From positions 1,348 to 65,347 of IMG/VR virus record IMGVR_UViG_3300032320_000408: DNA of 64,000 nucleotides; one strand, 5' to 3'. Numbering within the stretch: the first letter of the stretch is position 1; every line of letters starts with the position of its first letter. This document shows, piece after piece, positions 48,955-58,919 of this stretch. Both the position numbers and the translations under genes were made by a program. The stretch comes from a virus. The notes under the pieces are model-generated. The model saw only the letters and a program-made list of their open reading frames with translations, was not told the origin of the DNA and did no database searches.

Positions 48955-49901
48955 TATTCAAAAATCCTTCCTTCGACCGTTTGTGCTGGAGCTGAGAAAA
49001 TGACGGTATTTCTAGTGGCGGTATCGCCTTGACCATACAGTCGTGAGCCATCTGGAATATCGTACCCTCGCACAATGTATTCGTCCCATGCCAACTGGAC
49101 CTGTAGACTAGACAATGATGCTGGCCAAAAGGCAATACGAGGACAAATGGTATTAACTGAGTTATGCCACCAACCAGTTGGGCCAGTGATCCCCAATGAA
49201 ATTACCGGCTGAATCACTCCAGCCCTCAACTGCGCACGGTTCAACAACCCGTAGGCCATGCCCCCGCCATCATTAAAGGCGGCAAAGAAGTTGTTTCCGT
49301 CAAATATCTCTGCTACAGACGCACCAAGCTGGGCAAAGAAAGCATTAGAAGACCCGTAAAACTCAAAAACAGCGGAGTCATAAGTGGAACTTACACTAAT
49401 TGTGAAGTAGTTGAATCCAATTGCGACTACCCACGAACCAGCGGCTTCAAAGTTACCGGCCCATGTGGGAGACACGGTGGAAACGCGAAAGTACATTCCG
49501 TTAGGTTGCGAAGCATCGCTGTTAAACGTTTGGGTGTACATGTTTCCTTGCGTTGAGTACCCTTGATTCCCGTTAACTTTTGAGTTGTACAGGGTGTAAG
49601 AGTTCAACGGGTCTGAGTTGTTGCTCAGTCCTGCGCTGTATGCGGCGGCGCTGCTGCGGGGAAATACGTTTATTCCTGACGTTGTGGAAGACGCCAGAAC
49701 GTCTAAGTCCCTGTACGTTCCGCTAGGGTAAGCACCGCGTAAGCGGTTGAATGACACCGTGCCATCTGCCGGAACCAGAGCCGGAACATTGTTCTTTACA
49801 GAAGTGCTGGTGCGTCGATACGACCCCATTGAAAACCCGTAGCCACAGGCGGTGTTCAAGTCCGCAACAGAAACTGGGCCACTAATGGGTACTCGTGCCA
49901 T
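48954..49901 (-). CDS. Putative receptor-binding/adhesin protein
   Basis: 'PISGPVSVADL...GTVSFNRLRG' N-terminal attachment-like segment then beta-rich domain. Confidence 0.55.
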   Translation of the reverse strand: MARVPISGPVSVADLNTACGYGFSMGSYRRTSTSVKNNVPALVPADGTVSFNRLRGAYPSGTYRDLDVLASSTTSGINVFPRSSAAAYSAGLSNNSDPLNSYTLYNSKVNGNQGYSTQGNMYTQTFNSDASQPNGMYFRVSTVSPTWAGNFEAAGSWVVAIGFNYFTISVSSTYDSAVFEFYGSSNAFFAQLGASVAEIFDGNNFFAAFNDGGGMAYGLLNRAQLRAGVIQPVISLGITGPTGWWHNSVNTICPRIAFWPASLSSLQVQLAWDEYIVRGYDIPDGSRLYGQGDTATRNTVIFSAPAQTVEGRIFE

Positions 49902-49909
49902 ATTGATCC

Positions 49910-50815
49910 TTACGGTGTGCCGAACGCAGTGATGTTAGCAATGTTGGTGAAGTTACCACTGCTGTCCATTGATGCGATTGTAGTAGCGCCGTATTTGAAC
50001 AGCAGCTTGCCGCCGGACTCAACCACGCTAAAGTTAGTCGTTACCACAGACCCCGCCGAGCCAGTTGTGTTTTGGTTCAGCGTTGGGAATGTGCAGTTCG
50101 TCAACGTGCCAGATGTCGGCGTACCCAAGATTGGAGTTACCAAAGTGGGGCTAGTAGCCAGCACAATAGCGCCGCTTCCCGTGCTAGATGTCACCGTAAT
50201 GTTAGGTGTAGCGCCGCCGCTAGAAGCCAAAGGGGACGAGGCTGTAACGCTAGTCACCGTGCCAGAGTTTGTGGCAGCAACCGTTTGGTTAGGCCAAGTG
50301 CCTGACACAGCAATACCAGAGCCAGCAACAATGGCAGGAGTTGCCGTGCCAGAGCCGCCCGAAGTAACAGGAAGCGGTGCCGCCAAGGTTAGGCTACTCA
50401 AATGCGTAATGGCGTCGCCTACGTCTGTGCCGTTGTTGTAGACCAAGCACTTCTTGCCGTTGGGGATGGAGATGCCTGTTTGCCCGCTCACCTTGACCGT
50501 GACAGCAAAGCCGCCGACTGAGTTGTTCAAGATGATGTACGGTTTTTGGATGGCCGGTACGTTTAGAGTACCCGCAGCAGACAGCGTAGCCGTGATGTTT
50601 AAACAAACTGCACGGGCATTTTGAGCTGCGGTAGTGTTGGTAAGCGTGAGCGTAGCGACGTTGGCGGTGAAGTCGCCTGTCACCAAGGTAGCCATGCCAG
50701 TAATGGCTTGCTCGATTGCTGTACCAATATTGCTGTTGGTGGTCGTCCCCCACTGGCCGGACTGCTCACCTGTAGCAATCAGCTCAAACTTTAAGTTGGA
50801 GTATGTACTGGCCAT
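49910..50815 (-). CDS. Tail fibre-like protein
   Basis: GEQSGQWGTTTN N-terminus, Thr/Ser/Gly-rich shaft. Confidence 0.65.
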   Translation of the reverse strand: MASTYSNLKFELIATGEQSGQWGTTTNSNIGTAIEQAITGMATLVTGDFTANVATLTLTNTTAAQNARAVCLNITATLSAAGTLNVPAIQKPYIILNNSVGGFAVTVKVSGQTGISIPNGKKCLVYNNGTDVGDAITHLSSLTLAAPLPVTSGGSGTATPAIVAGSGIAVSGTWPNQTVAATNSGTVTSVTASSPLASSGGATPNITVTSSTGSGAIVLATSPTLVTPILGTPTSGTLTNCTFPTLNQNTTGSAGSVVTTNFSVVESGGKLLFKYGATTIASMDSSGNFTNIANITAFGTP

Positions 50816-50831
50816 GATGTTCCTTTAAAAC

Positions 50832-50981
50832 TTACGGTTGGGCGTCTTGCTTAGGCACTTGCGGCTCGGCCTGTTCCTTGATTTTAACAATCAAAGGCCA
50901 CACACCTGTCTTGGCGGGCAGCTCACCCAGCACTTGCAGGATAGCGTTTACTTCTTCTACGGTCAATTTCAAATCAATCAT
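50832..50981 (-). CDS. Small hypothetical protein (49 aa)
   Basis: Manual translation MIDLKLTVEEVNAILQVLGELPAKTGVWPLIVKIKEQAEPQVPKQDAQP. Confidence 0.65.
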   Translation of the reverse strand: MIDLKLTVEEVNAILQVLGELPAKTGVWPLIVKIKEQAEPQVPKQDAQP

Positions 50982-51283
50982 GCTTGGCTCCAAGGCAGTC
51001 CAGATTCTTGGACGGGGTTCTTCAAAGCGTCAATTTGGCTTTGCAATGAGGATTCTACGGTGTCTTTGCCCAATGAAGTCTGACACCAGCCAATGACTTG
51101 CTCTTGAGTGAGTTGGTCAAAAGGAACGTATGTTGCACCTTCTGTTTGGGTATAGCCTGTTGTGCCGTAGGTAGAGGCTTGGTATATACCGTCTACTGCG
51201 CTGACTGTGTAATGCACAGTAAAAACCCAGCCGCCATCTGTGGTCCTGTTCATGTCATTGATTTGCCAGAGATAAGTTGTCAT
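50978..51283 (-). CDS. Tail-fibre-associated hypothetical protein
   Basis: 101 aa, VPFDQLTQEQVIGW, GLPW. Confidence 0.65.
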   Translation of the reverse strand: MTTYLWQINDMNRTTDGGWVFTVHYTVSAVDGIYQASTYGTTGYTQTEGATYVPFDQLTQEQVIGWCQTSLGKDTVESSLQSQIDALKNPVQESGLPWSQA

Positions 51284-51286
51284 TTT

Positions 51287-51988
51287 TTAACCTTTTAAGT
51301 TCCAAGGAAGTGCAGATTTATGCACTGAGATTACACCAAATTCAGTGTTTGGCACTGAACACATACCTATCGTTGTTTTCTTTGATAAATTGTACTTTGC
51401 GGTTGTAACTTGTAAATTCCAAGGCACATGAAGACCGCAAACATCTTTACCTTTTAGAGGAACAATGTGATCTATGTGCAACTTCACACCAAATTCTTTT
51501 TGCATTTGCTTCTTGCAAAGATAGATGTTTTTTATGCGCGTTTGAATTTTTAGATCATCACGGTAAATATTTGCGTCCAAGTATCTTTTATGGCGGATAC
51601 AATTGTTTTTAATATTAGATATTTTTCTGCTTTCAACTGCACACGTTGCACACGAGTTGTTGCTTACATATCTAACACCCAACCCACACCCTTTACAAGC
51701 ACTACCAGAATAAAACAAATCCCCAGCAAGTCTTGCGGCATCCCTAGCATAAGAAGACTGTGTTTTTGTTTTGTATGAAATTCCAAGTTTTGCTTCGTTT
51801 GCACATTTCTTACAGTTAAACCCAAGCAAATGCACAGATGCAGAAACAGTGTAATCACCGTGTTTAAGGCAAGTCACAACAACCTTTGACTTTTTGGTTT
51901 CATAGACCGCCTTGTCGTAGGTGTACCTGCCGCCATGCACTTTTACGGCTTTAGCAACAAATTCCTCGGTTGTAAGACGCTTAACCAT
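51287..51988 (-). CDS. Free-standing HNH endonuclease
   Basis: HIDHIVPL...[12 protein letters not shown]...N..K; N-terminal '[14 protein letters not shown]...C..HG' module; AT-richer than neighbours. Confidence 0.85.
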   Translation of the reverse strand: MVKRLTTEEFVAKAVKVHGGRYTYDKAVYETKKSKVVVTCLKHGDYTVSASVHLLGFNCKKCANEAKLGISYKTKTQSSYARDAARLAGDLFYSGSACKGCGLGVRYVSNNSCATCAVESRKISNIKNNCIRHKRYLDANIYRDDLKIQTRIKNIYLCKKQMQKEFGVKLHIDHIVPLKGKDVCGLHVPWNLQVTTAKYNLSKKTTIGMCSVPNTEFGVISVHKSALPWNLKG

Positions 51989-52955
51989 GGTTTCCTTTAA
52001 GTGCGGCTACGTCAGCCTGTAGTTGAGTGATTAGGACTTGTTGTTCTTGGATGCACTTCATCAGCGCATACTGCAAGTCGGTTTGGTAGATTGACAAGCG
52101 CATCTTTGGTTCATCATCTTTACCTGCCCAGTTGCTCTCCATCACCAACTCAGGCGCAACGGCTTGGACATCTTGTGCAACAACACCCAAAGTAAGACCG
52201 CCATCTGTTTCAAGGTTTTGGTCAATGTAGTTAAAGGTCTGAACAGGGATTGCACAAATCTTGTCAAGATAAGAAGTGGCAGGTGCAAAGTTTGTTTTTT
52301 CTCTGCGGTCTGATAAGTTGACATCATTTGCGCTGTAATTTCCAATACCGCCGTTTCCGCGAACTTCCATCCTTAATGCACTTGAGTCATTGCAGTATAA
52401 GAACTGATTGCTTGTGCCATTTGGAGCTGCGCCGCTAAATCTAATGTTGCTTCCATACGGGCTAGAAGCGGTTGAACTAACAAATTGTGTTGAGTAAACG
52501 CCACTTGCACCAGTTTGTAAAATGTGTGCGTTTGCTGTGCTTGTAGTCCCCACCAGTAAGTTACCAGAGGCATCAAGAGTCATTGCTTGGGTAAAGCTAA
52601 CTGCGTTACCTGCTGTGCCTGATGCGGCTATGCGCCAAGCATAACCACCAGTAGTTACACCATTAAAATCAAACACACCAGCGTATCCATTAGCTGTGTA
52701 AAGGTTGCTTGTCCCGTTGAAATATGAGTTTGAATAAAGCCAATTAGAGTCACTTTGGGCCATTAAACCAAAATTTTTAACTTGCAATGCAGTATATGCA
52801 CTACCCCAAGCACTAGGCGTAACACCAATGCCAACTTTCTGTGAAGCATCAATAGTTACAGCCGTTGTTCCATTGGTTTGCAGGGCTAATATCGTAGATG
52901 TGTCAGCAGTGCTTATTAGCCCAGATGATGCGCTTGCATTGATTGTCGTAGTCAT
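51981..52955 (-). CDS. Tail fibre/spike with C-terminal intramolecular chaperone (peptidase S74-like)
   Basis: LSDRREK, GVVAQDV, LMKCIQE coiled coil. Confidence 0.85.
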   Translation of the reverse strand: MTTTINASASSGLISTADTSTILALQTNGTTAVTIDASQKVGIGVTPSAWGSAYTALQVKNFGLMAQSDSNWLYSNSYFNGTSNLYTANGYAGVFDFNGVTTGGYAWRIAASGTAGNAVSFTQAMTLDASGNLLVGTTSTANAHILQTGASGVYSTQFVSSTASSPYGSNIRFSGAAPNGTSNQFLYCNDSSALRMEVRGNGGIGNYSANDVNLSDRREKTNFAPATSYLDKICAIPVQTFNYIDQNLETDGGLTLGVVAQDVQAVAPELVMESNWAGKDDEPKMRLSIYQTDLQYALMKCIQEQQVLITQLQADVAALKGNHG

Positions 52956-53998
52956 TTGTTCTCCAATGCTGTTAGACGGGCGTTGAGTTCTTGAATGGCT
53001 TTAACAAGATGTGGAGTTAGTCTTGAATAATCAAGTTGCCACATATCTTCATCTGCTTTTCCTTTGGTAACTACACCAGATAAAACAGGCTCAAGTTCTT
53101 GTGCAATAAAACCATAGTCTTGATGTACTTGACCTTCAGTCCAATCGTATTGGCGCACTTGAACTTGCATCAATTTATTAATTACTGATTCAGAATTTGC
53201 AATATTTGACTTAAGACGTTGGTCAGAAGTGGTGTTGTACATAACAGCAGAAGTTGAGCTTACTCTTGTAATAGAACCAATCGTTGTTCCACCAATTTGA
53301 AAATAAGCATATCCAGAACCTGAAGCTGATGCTGTGTCATTTAAAGCAAGTCCGTTGACAGCGCCGCCATTAAAAGCAACACCAAGTTTTGCAGACCCAA
53401 CAACACTTGTAGCCCCCACCAGTAAGTTACCAGAGGTGTCAAGGCGCATACGCTCTGAGCCAGATGTAAGAAATGTTATTGGCAAATAAGAACCAGTAGA
53501 ACCATAAGACGCAGAAAACCCAGATGTAGTGCCATCGCAATACATTCGGAGCATAGTATCGTTAGCACTTGCTTCCACCCAAATACCATGTGTATTAGTT
53601 GAAGATTGTTTAACTATAAGTCGTGGATTAGCATTAGTTGTACCAATACCTAACCCTGTTGAGCTGAGTGTGGCTCTCAGATTGTTAACAGTCCAAAACG
53701 TCAATGCGGAATTCTGGTATCCAATGTATCCGTTTGGGTCAAAGTTGTTTGAAAAACGCAAATACATATCTGCGCTAGTAGTTTCAAACCTTGAAACCTC
53801 TGACCCAGATGATGCAACATGAAATTTTGTACTAGGAGAGTTTGTACCAACACCTAAGTTAGTACCATCAAAAACAAAAGAAGAAGAACCCGTAAGATTC
53901 CCGCTAGTACCCGCATAGACAACCCGACCAGATGTTAACGATGTATCTGTTAAATCAGGTGTTGTAATTCCCGCTGACCCGTCTAGAACAATCGCCAT
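52952..53998 (-). CDS. Tail fibre/spike with C-terminal intramolecular chaperone (peptidase S74-like)
   Basis: TSDQRLK, GFIAQEL, LVKAIQEL. Confidence 0.85.
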   Translation of the reverse strand: MAIVLDGSAGITTPDLTDTSLTSGRVVYAGTSGNLTGSSSFVFDGTNLGVGTNSPSTKFHVASSGSEVSRFETTSADMYLRFSNNFDPNGYIGYQNSALTFWTVNNLRATLSSTGLGIGTTNANPRLIVKQSSTNTHGIWVEASANDTMLRMYCDGTTSGFSASYGSTGSYLPITFLTSGSERMRLDTSGNLLVGATSVVGSAKLGVAFNGGAVNGLALNDTASASGSGYAYFQIGGTTIGSITRVSSTSAVMYNTTSDQRLKSNIANSESVINKLMQVQVRQYDWTEGQVHQDYGFIAQELEPVLSGVVTKGKADEDMWQLDYSRLTPHLVKAIQELNARLTALENK

Positions 53999-53999
53999 A

Positions 54000-54215
54000 T
54001 CACTCTCCTGCCGCTTGTTGTAGTGGCGTTAAATCTTGTGTTGTCCAGAAGTCCTTGGCAAGCATGATGTTTAAATGCTCCTTGTTGCGAGCAACTGTAT
54101 CTGCCCACTCAGCGTCAGTCATGCCTTCAGGCTGTCCTGCATTGATCAGGTTAACTGAGTCGAGGGCTGCGGAATAATTTTTAGCAATTTGCTCTGGTGT
54201 GATTTCGGTGTTCAT
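54000..54215 (-). CDS. Small tail-fibre-associated protein
   Basis: 71 aa, ARNKEHL..ML...FW. Confidence 0.65.
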   Translation of the reverse strand: MNTEITPEQIAKNYSAALDSVNLINAGQPEGMTDAEWADTVARNKEHLNIMLAKDFWTTQDLTPLQQAAGE

Positions 54216-55579
54216 GCTTGACCTTTCAGGATGTCGATTTCTGCTTTGAGTTCTTGAATAGCTTTAATGCACAGAGCAACCATGTTGCCGTAAGCCAATG
54301 CGTCAGGGCTTCCATCTTCTGCGTAATGCACAAATTCTGTCAAACCAGCGGCATGGACTTCTTCTGCAATCAAACCGCCATAAACTATTTCTTTATCTAC
54401 ATTTTCGTTTTTACCTTTGTAAGTAATTGAACGAAGGTTTAATAGTTCAGCCAATCCATGAGTTGCGTCTTGAACGTCTTTTTTATATTTAAGAGATGAT
54501 GTTGCTCTGTATATTTGACCATTACTTGCAACGGCTAAGTTTGCCGAACCACCAGCAGTTGAATCATAAAATTTCTGCGCGTACCAAGATACTGCCGAAG
54601 AAAGATAATACATTTGAGGAGTTCCATCACCATCAGACAGCACAATATTGTTGCTTGCTGTGGTAATGTTTAAGCCGCTCTGATTACCGCCAAAGCCACC
54701 AATGATGACGTTATTTCCACCAGTTGTCATCAAATAGCCAGCGGGGTAGCCGTTGCTATTATTTCCACCGCCGATATATGTATTGCCTTCGCCTGTGTTG
54801 TTATATCCTGCTTGTGCGCCAACAAAGACATTAAAACGACCAGTAGTGTTGCTATAACCAGCTTTAAAACCTAAAGCAACATTATCGTTGGCTGTGGTGT
54901 TAAATGCTAAAGCCTCAGTACCAACCGCAGTATTGTTATTACTTGTTGTATTACGGGCTAAAGCGTCCATTCCTACGGCTATGTTATATGAGCCAGTAGA
55001 GTTTGTAGAAAGAGAAGTGTTACCGATTGCTACGTTTCTTGTGCCAGTAGTAGTAGCGGTTGCCGCACGCTCTCCTAGCGCTGTGTTTAAAGTACCTGTG
55101 GTGTTGGCGTATAACGATTGATAACCTACAGCAGTGTTGTTTGAGGCTGTGGTGTTGTTTTGCAGTGCGCCAGCGCCTAAAGCAGAATTTGAAGCACCAG
55201 AAGTATTTGAAAATAAAGAGGCTCCACCAACCGCAATGTTATTAGCACCGCTTGTGTTGCCCGTCATTGAATTAACACCAACAGCCGTATTACTAGTTCC
55301 TGTAACCGCCGAGGACATTGAGTTTTGACCAATGGCAGTGTTATAGCCGCCAGTAACTTGCCCAGCTAAGGCGCTTGCTCCTACAGCAACAGAGTTTGAA
55401 CCACTCGTATTGGCTGCCAAAGCACTAGCACCAAAAGCCGTATTCGTAGCAACAGAGCCGCCACCGTTGCCAATGTTCATGCTTGTAGTTGGCAGAGTAA
55501 CTACTGTACTTCCCGCTACAGCAGGTGCTTGGAGGGTTACCGAACCGCTCGTATCGCCTGAAATTACAACACTCGACAT
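54212..55579 (-). CDS. Tail fibre with NTA(V/L)G beta-roll repeats and S74-like chaperone
   Basis: About 14-aa N-T-A-x-G repeats; SSLKYK, GLIAEEV, IKAIQEL; probable ATG at 55579. Confidence 0.85.
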   Translation of the reverse strand: MSSVVISGDTSGSVTLQAPAVAGSTVVTLPTTSMNIGNGGGSVATNTAFGASALAANTSGSNSVAVGASALAGQVTGGYNTAIGQNSMSSAVTGTSNTAVGVNSMTGNTSGANNIAVGGASLFSNTSGASNSALGAGALQNNTTASNNTAVGYQSLYANTTGTLNTALGERAATATTTGTRNVAIGNTSLSTNSTGSYNIAVGMDALARNTTSNNNTAVGTEALAFNTTANDNVALGFKAGYSNTTGRFNVFVGAQAGYNNTGEGNTYIGGGNNSNGYPAGYLMTTGGNNVIIGGFGGNQSGLNITTASNNIVLSDGDGTPQMYYLSSAVSWYAQKFYDSTAGGSANLAVASNGQIYRATSSLKYKKDVQDATHGLAELLNLRSITYKGKNENVDKEIVYGGLIAEEVHAAGLTEFVHYAEDGSPDALAYGNMVALCIKAIQELKAEIDILKGQA

Positions 55580-55587
55580 ATTATTCC

Positions 55588-56091
55588 TTAGAGAACGACC
55601 CAACGGCTGCCTGAACTAACCGTAACCGATTGGCCCGACGAAATTGTGACGGGTCCGGCAGACATACCGCTTTGACCTACTGCAATGGTATAGCTAGTTG
55701 CAATCGTTTGGTTGTTTACGTAGATGCCGTTAGTGGCTGAAAACGCAGGAGCAGCCGCCGTGCCAATTGCATCTTGGTTAACCGACTTACCAGATGGGTA
55801 CGTGACAAACACATCTTTCGTACCCGCCGTAAATGTTAAAGCTGTTGGCTGTGTACCTGCGCTGTTAGACAAGACCGTTGTACGCGCCAGTGTTGTGCCG
55901 GACGATGTGTACGTACCAATACCAACTTCCCACTCAGAGTTGGTTTGCGAAGCAATGCAGTAAAACGTGGTGTTACCGTTGCCAATCACAGCAAAAGACT
56001 GGTAGCCCGTAGAAGCGCCGAGCAAAGTCACTGTCCCCGTACCTGTCGTGGTGGTAGTCTCCTTGACGCGATCCGCTAAAACGAGGGCCAT
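55588..56091 (-). CDS. Tail/neck structural protein
   Basis: ADRVKETTTTTGTG, WEVGIGTY. Confidence 0.7.
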   Translation of the reverse strand: MALVLADRVKETTTTTGTGTVTLLGASTGYQSFAVIGNGNTTFYCIASQTNSEWEVGIGTYTSSGTTLARTTVLSNSAGTQPTALTFTAGTKDVFVTYPSGKSVNQDAIGTAAAPAFSATNGIYVNNQTIATSYTIAVGQSGMSAGPVTISSGQSVTVSSGSRWVVL

Positions 56092-56100
56092 ATTTAATCC

Positions 56101-56949
56101 TTACAAAACCATTTCAACTTCTTGCCAGCTCGGTGTTTGCTCATCGTTAATCACCGTCCACCCGGGCGTCTGCGTGTCATTGATGATCTGCCAGTTCGGC
56201 GTTTGATTATCGTCGATTAGTGACCAATAGAACACCCCAAAGTTACCCACAGCGCCCGTTGCCAACACGCCGCTCAATGATGGCGAGGTTACAGCAGCAA
56301 TGGACCCAACAGCACCCGTGGCAGATACGCCAGTAATCGCCGTTGATTTGCCCGGAGCGACCGTACCCACACTACCGCTTGCGCTTACGCCCGTCAGTGC
56401 AATAGACAGCGTTACACCAACCGTACCTACTGCGCCAATCGCCAAGACCCCAGTTTCTGAATCCTCTGAGGACGGAGCCACTGTACCAACAGCACCAGCC
56501 GCCGACACACCAGACAACGCCGCTTCTTTGCCGTGGCTAACAGTTCCAACTTCACCACTTGCCTGAACACCAGTAAGAGCAAAGTCCTTTGTGGCTATTA
56601 CCGTGCCTACCGCACCAGTGGCAAAAACGCCCGTCAGGACCGACTCTTTGCCTTGTGTAACCGTTCCAACTGAACCGCTGGCCTCAACGCCCGTCAGGGC
56701 TACAGAGACAACCGCTGCAACCAAGCCTACTGCGCCGCTGGCTTCGACACCAGTCAGAGCAACAGAAATGTTTGCTACCGCAATCCCAACTGAACCGTCC
56801 GCTTGAACCCCAGTTAATGCAACTGAGATTCCACCATTCGTTACTGTGCCTACCGCGCCAGATGCCTGAACGCCGGTAAGTGCAACAGCTACCGTTTGTT
56901 CAGCAAGCGAGGCAAACGGCGCACCAGCAAACGAAGCTATACCAAACAT
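56101..56949 (-). CDS. Repeat-rich fibre protein
   Basis: About ten LTGV.A.G.VG.V repeats and three D.QTP.W repeats. Confidence 0.75.
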   Translation of the reverse strand: MFGIASFAGAPFASLAEQTVAVALTGVQASGAVGTVTNGGISVALTGVQADGSVGIAVANISVALTGVEASGAVGLVAAVVSVALTGVEASGSVGTVTQGKESVLTGVFATGAVGTVIATKDFALTGVQASGEVGTVSHGKEAALSGVSAAGAVGTVAPSSEDSETGVLAIGAVGTVGVTLSIALTGVSASGSVGTVAPGKSTAITGVSATGAVGSIAAVTSPSLSGVLATGAVGNFGVFYWSLIDDNQTPNWQIINDTQTPGWTVINDEQTPSWQEVEMVL

Positions 56950-56976
56950 GGATTAAACGGCAAGATGCCGCCCCTA

Positions 56977-57453
56977 TTAGGTTGTAGCCAAACGGATCAA
57001 GGCAGTCGAAGTTGTGTTCGCTGGCATGGTCAATGTGAAGTTACCAGCCGTAATGGTTTGTGAACCAAAAGTGTGGACGCTCACCGCTTTGTTGCTTTGT
57101 GTTGAGTTGTAAAGCAGCACAGCATCAAAGGCCGTAGACAACGTGACGTTCGTGTAGGTAATGCTGGCCGAAGGCGTAACAAACGCAACGCCCGCAGTAA
57201 CAGAAGAGTTGGTGGCCGTAGGAGGGGTTCCCATGGTTACCGCAACGCCGCCCGCAACGTAGTTAGTGCCAGACACTTCTCCCGTGGCTGAGTAAGCAGT
57301 GGTAGACGCGTTATATGTAGCCGATGCCAAATACAAAGCAGCTTTGAACGAATCAGTTGCGCCACTTGCACGAACAGGGGCAGTGCCAAAATTATGAGTG
57401 GCAGTCATTAACTCACCCATAAACGAGGTGGTCATTGCTTGAGTGTTTGCCAT
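56977..57453 (-). CDS. Structural protein, paralog of 57667..58080
   Basis: TTSF..EL..A.HN, K.ALY, YN.TQ.NK shared. Confidence 0.7.
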   Translation of the reverse strand: MANTQAMTTSFMGELMTATHNFGTAPVRASGATDSFKAALYLASATYNASTTAYSATGEVSGTNYVAGGVAVTMGTPPTATNSSVTAGVAFVTPSASITYTNVTLSTAFDAVLLYNSTQSNKAVSVHTFGSQTITAGNFTLTMPANTTSTALIRLATT

Positions 57454-57463
57454 GATTGGCTCC

Positions 57464-57658
57464 TTAGTTAAAAGCTGCCGCTTCAGCGGCTAATGTTACG
57501 GATTGCTTCAGGGCAACATGAGCAGAACGGTGAACAAGTTCGCCATCCAACCAGTACTCCACCCAAGTCGTGTACTCATTGTCATTATCGACGGATCCTT
57601 CTTTTTTCTCAAGAAGAGATTCGTCCATATCGCCTTTTGTTGTGGTGATCAGTGCCAT
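57464..57658 (-). CDS. Small hypothetical protein
   Basis: 64 aa, TTKG, WVEYWLDGELVHRS. Confidence 0.7.
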   Translation of the reverse strand: MALITTTKGDMDESLLEKKEGSVDNDNEYTTWVEYWLDGELVHRSAHVALKQSVTLAAEAAAFN

Positions 57659-57666
57659 GATGTTCC

Positions 57667-58080
57667 TTAGTTAGAGCTACGAATTAGCGCCGTCGAAACT
57701 GTGTTCGTTGGCATCGTAATTGTAAAGTTTGATGACGTTTTATCTGACCCAAAATCCAGCACAGCAATTGACTTGTTGCCCTGAGTCACGTTGTAGATCA
57801 AAGCGCAACGAGCAGTGACCGCCGCATTAAACACAACGTCCGCAAAGTCCACGTAGGCTGTGTAACCAGATGAGCTGATGGTTATGCCAGTAAGGACGAC
57901 ACCACCCGCCACATAGCCAGTACCCGTTACTTCATTTGTTGCGGAGTAAACGGTAGTGTTCTCGTTTAAATCTGCGTTAGCTGTGTACAAAGCAATCTTC
58001 AACGTGTTTGTAGACAGGTTGTGGACGGCTTGGTACAGCTCTTTTTTGAAGCTGGTGGTTTGTGTTTGAACAATTGCCAT
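57667..58080 (-). CDS. Structural protein
   Basis: TSFKKEL, LKIALY, GTGYVAGG, VLDFGSDK. Confidence 0.7.
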   Translation of the reverse strand: MAIVQTQTTSFKKELYQAVHNLSTNTLKIALYTANADLNENTTVYSATNEVTGTGYVAGGVVLTGITISSSGYTAYVDFADVVFNAAVTARCALIYNVTQGNKSIAVLDFGSDKTSSNFTITMPTNTVSTALIRSSN

Positions 58081-58919
58081 TACGCCACCTGTGTGCGGAC
58101 TTGGCCGTCACGATAAGCGTCGCCACGCTGTTTGCCATCAGCCAGATTTTTGTACAGAGCAATAGCTTGTACATAACGATCTTGGGCCAGCTTGACCATA
58201 TCGCCCTCTTGGCGCATATAGACAAATGCTTCACAGATCGTGCCGTACAACAACACAGAATCAAAGTTGTCACCAAGCCAGGTTGTGCCGGCCGTAACGA
58301 TTGACTCTGGATAGTAATAGTAGTGCAGCTCTGCGTTATAAATCATGTTTGGGGTTGGCCCCATGATGAACGTGAGCTCGTTAAGGTCGCTGGTATTTGG
58401 GCCAAAAATGCCGTAGTACTGAGGCTCGCCACGGCCGGCCGTGTTGGGGTAAGCCTCACGGATCCAGTTAACGTCTTTGTTGAGCAAATACAAGTAGTCG
58501 CCCGTGAACGTTACAGTTCCAGAGACGGTTCCGGTATTTGCAACGGTCAACAAAACTGTTGTACCTGACACACTTCTTACAAGCGCGCCATCTCCAATGC
58601 CAGTTCCAGACACGGATTGACCAACAGCAATTCCACTGTAACTTGTTACAGTCACCGTAAACGCACCAGATGTTCCGGTAGCTGTTGTAGAAATGACTGG
58701 GTAAAGAGCTAGGCTGTAAGTTGACAGAAAGTCAGTTGGGGCGGCTAGATACTTATTGCCGGCCTGAGTAACGCCCGTCACGTTCTTTCGCAGGTTAGCT
58801 GGCTGCGCAGTGTTGTAAATGCGCTGCTCTGCCTGACGGATGAAAACATCCATGTCAACTGTTGGGAACGTGTTCTCGCAGTAATCAGTTACCGCGACAA
58901 CGAGCTGGGCATAGTTCAT
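58080..58919 (-). CDS. Putative head-tail adaptor protein
   Basis: FIRQAEQRI, G.PQYY, GPTP, LLYG pattern of adaptor proteins. Confidence 0.65.
   Translation of the reverse strand: MNYAQLVVAVTDYCENTFPTVDMDVFIRQAEQRIYNTAQPANLRKNVTGVTQAGNKYLAAPTDFLSTYSLALYPVISTTATGTSGAFTVTVTSYSGIAVGQSVSGTGIGDGALVRSVSGTTVLLTVANTGTVSGTVTFTGDYLYLLNKDVNWIREAYPNTAGRGEPQYYGIFGPNTSDLNELTFIMGPTPNMIYNAELHYYYYPESIVTAGTTWLGDNFDSVLLYGTICEAFVYMRQEGDMVKLAQDRYVQAIALYKNLADGKQRGDAYRDGQVRTQVA
58633..58654. promoter_or_regulatory. Intragenic palindromic site CCACTGTAACTTGTTACAGTCA
   Basis: Reverse complement matches the 23202-23222 copy over 21 nt; differs from the 7727 copy at one base. Confidence 0.7.

Noticed and set aside
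48416-56949. Diversity-generating retroelement acting on tail fibres
   Set aside because: No reverse transcriptase ORF and no long repeat pair with adenine-specific differences was seen.
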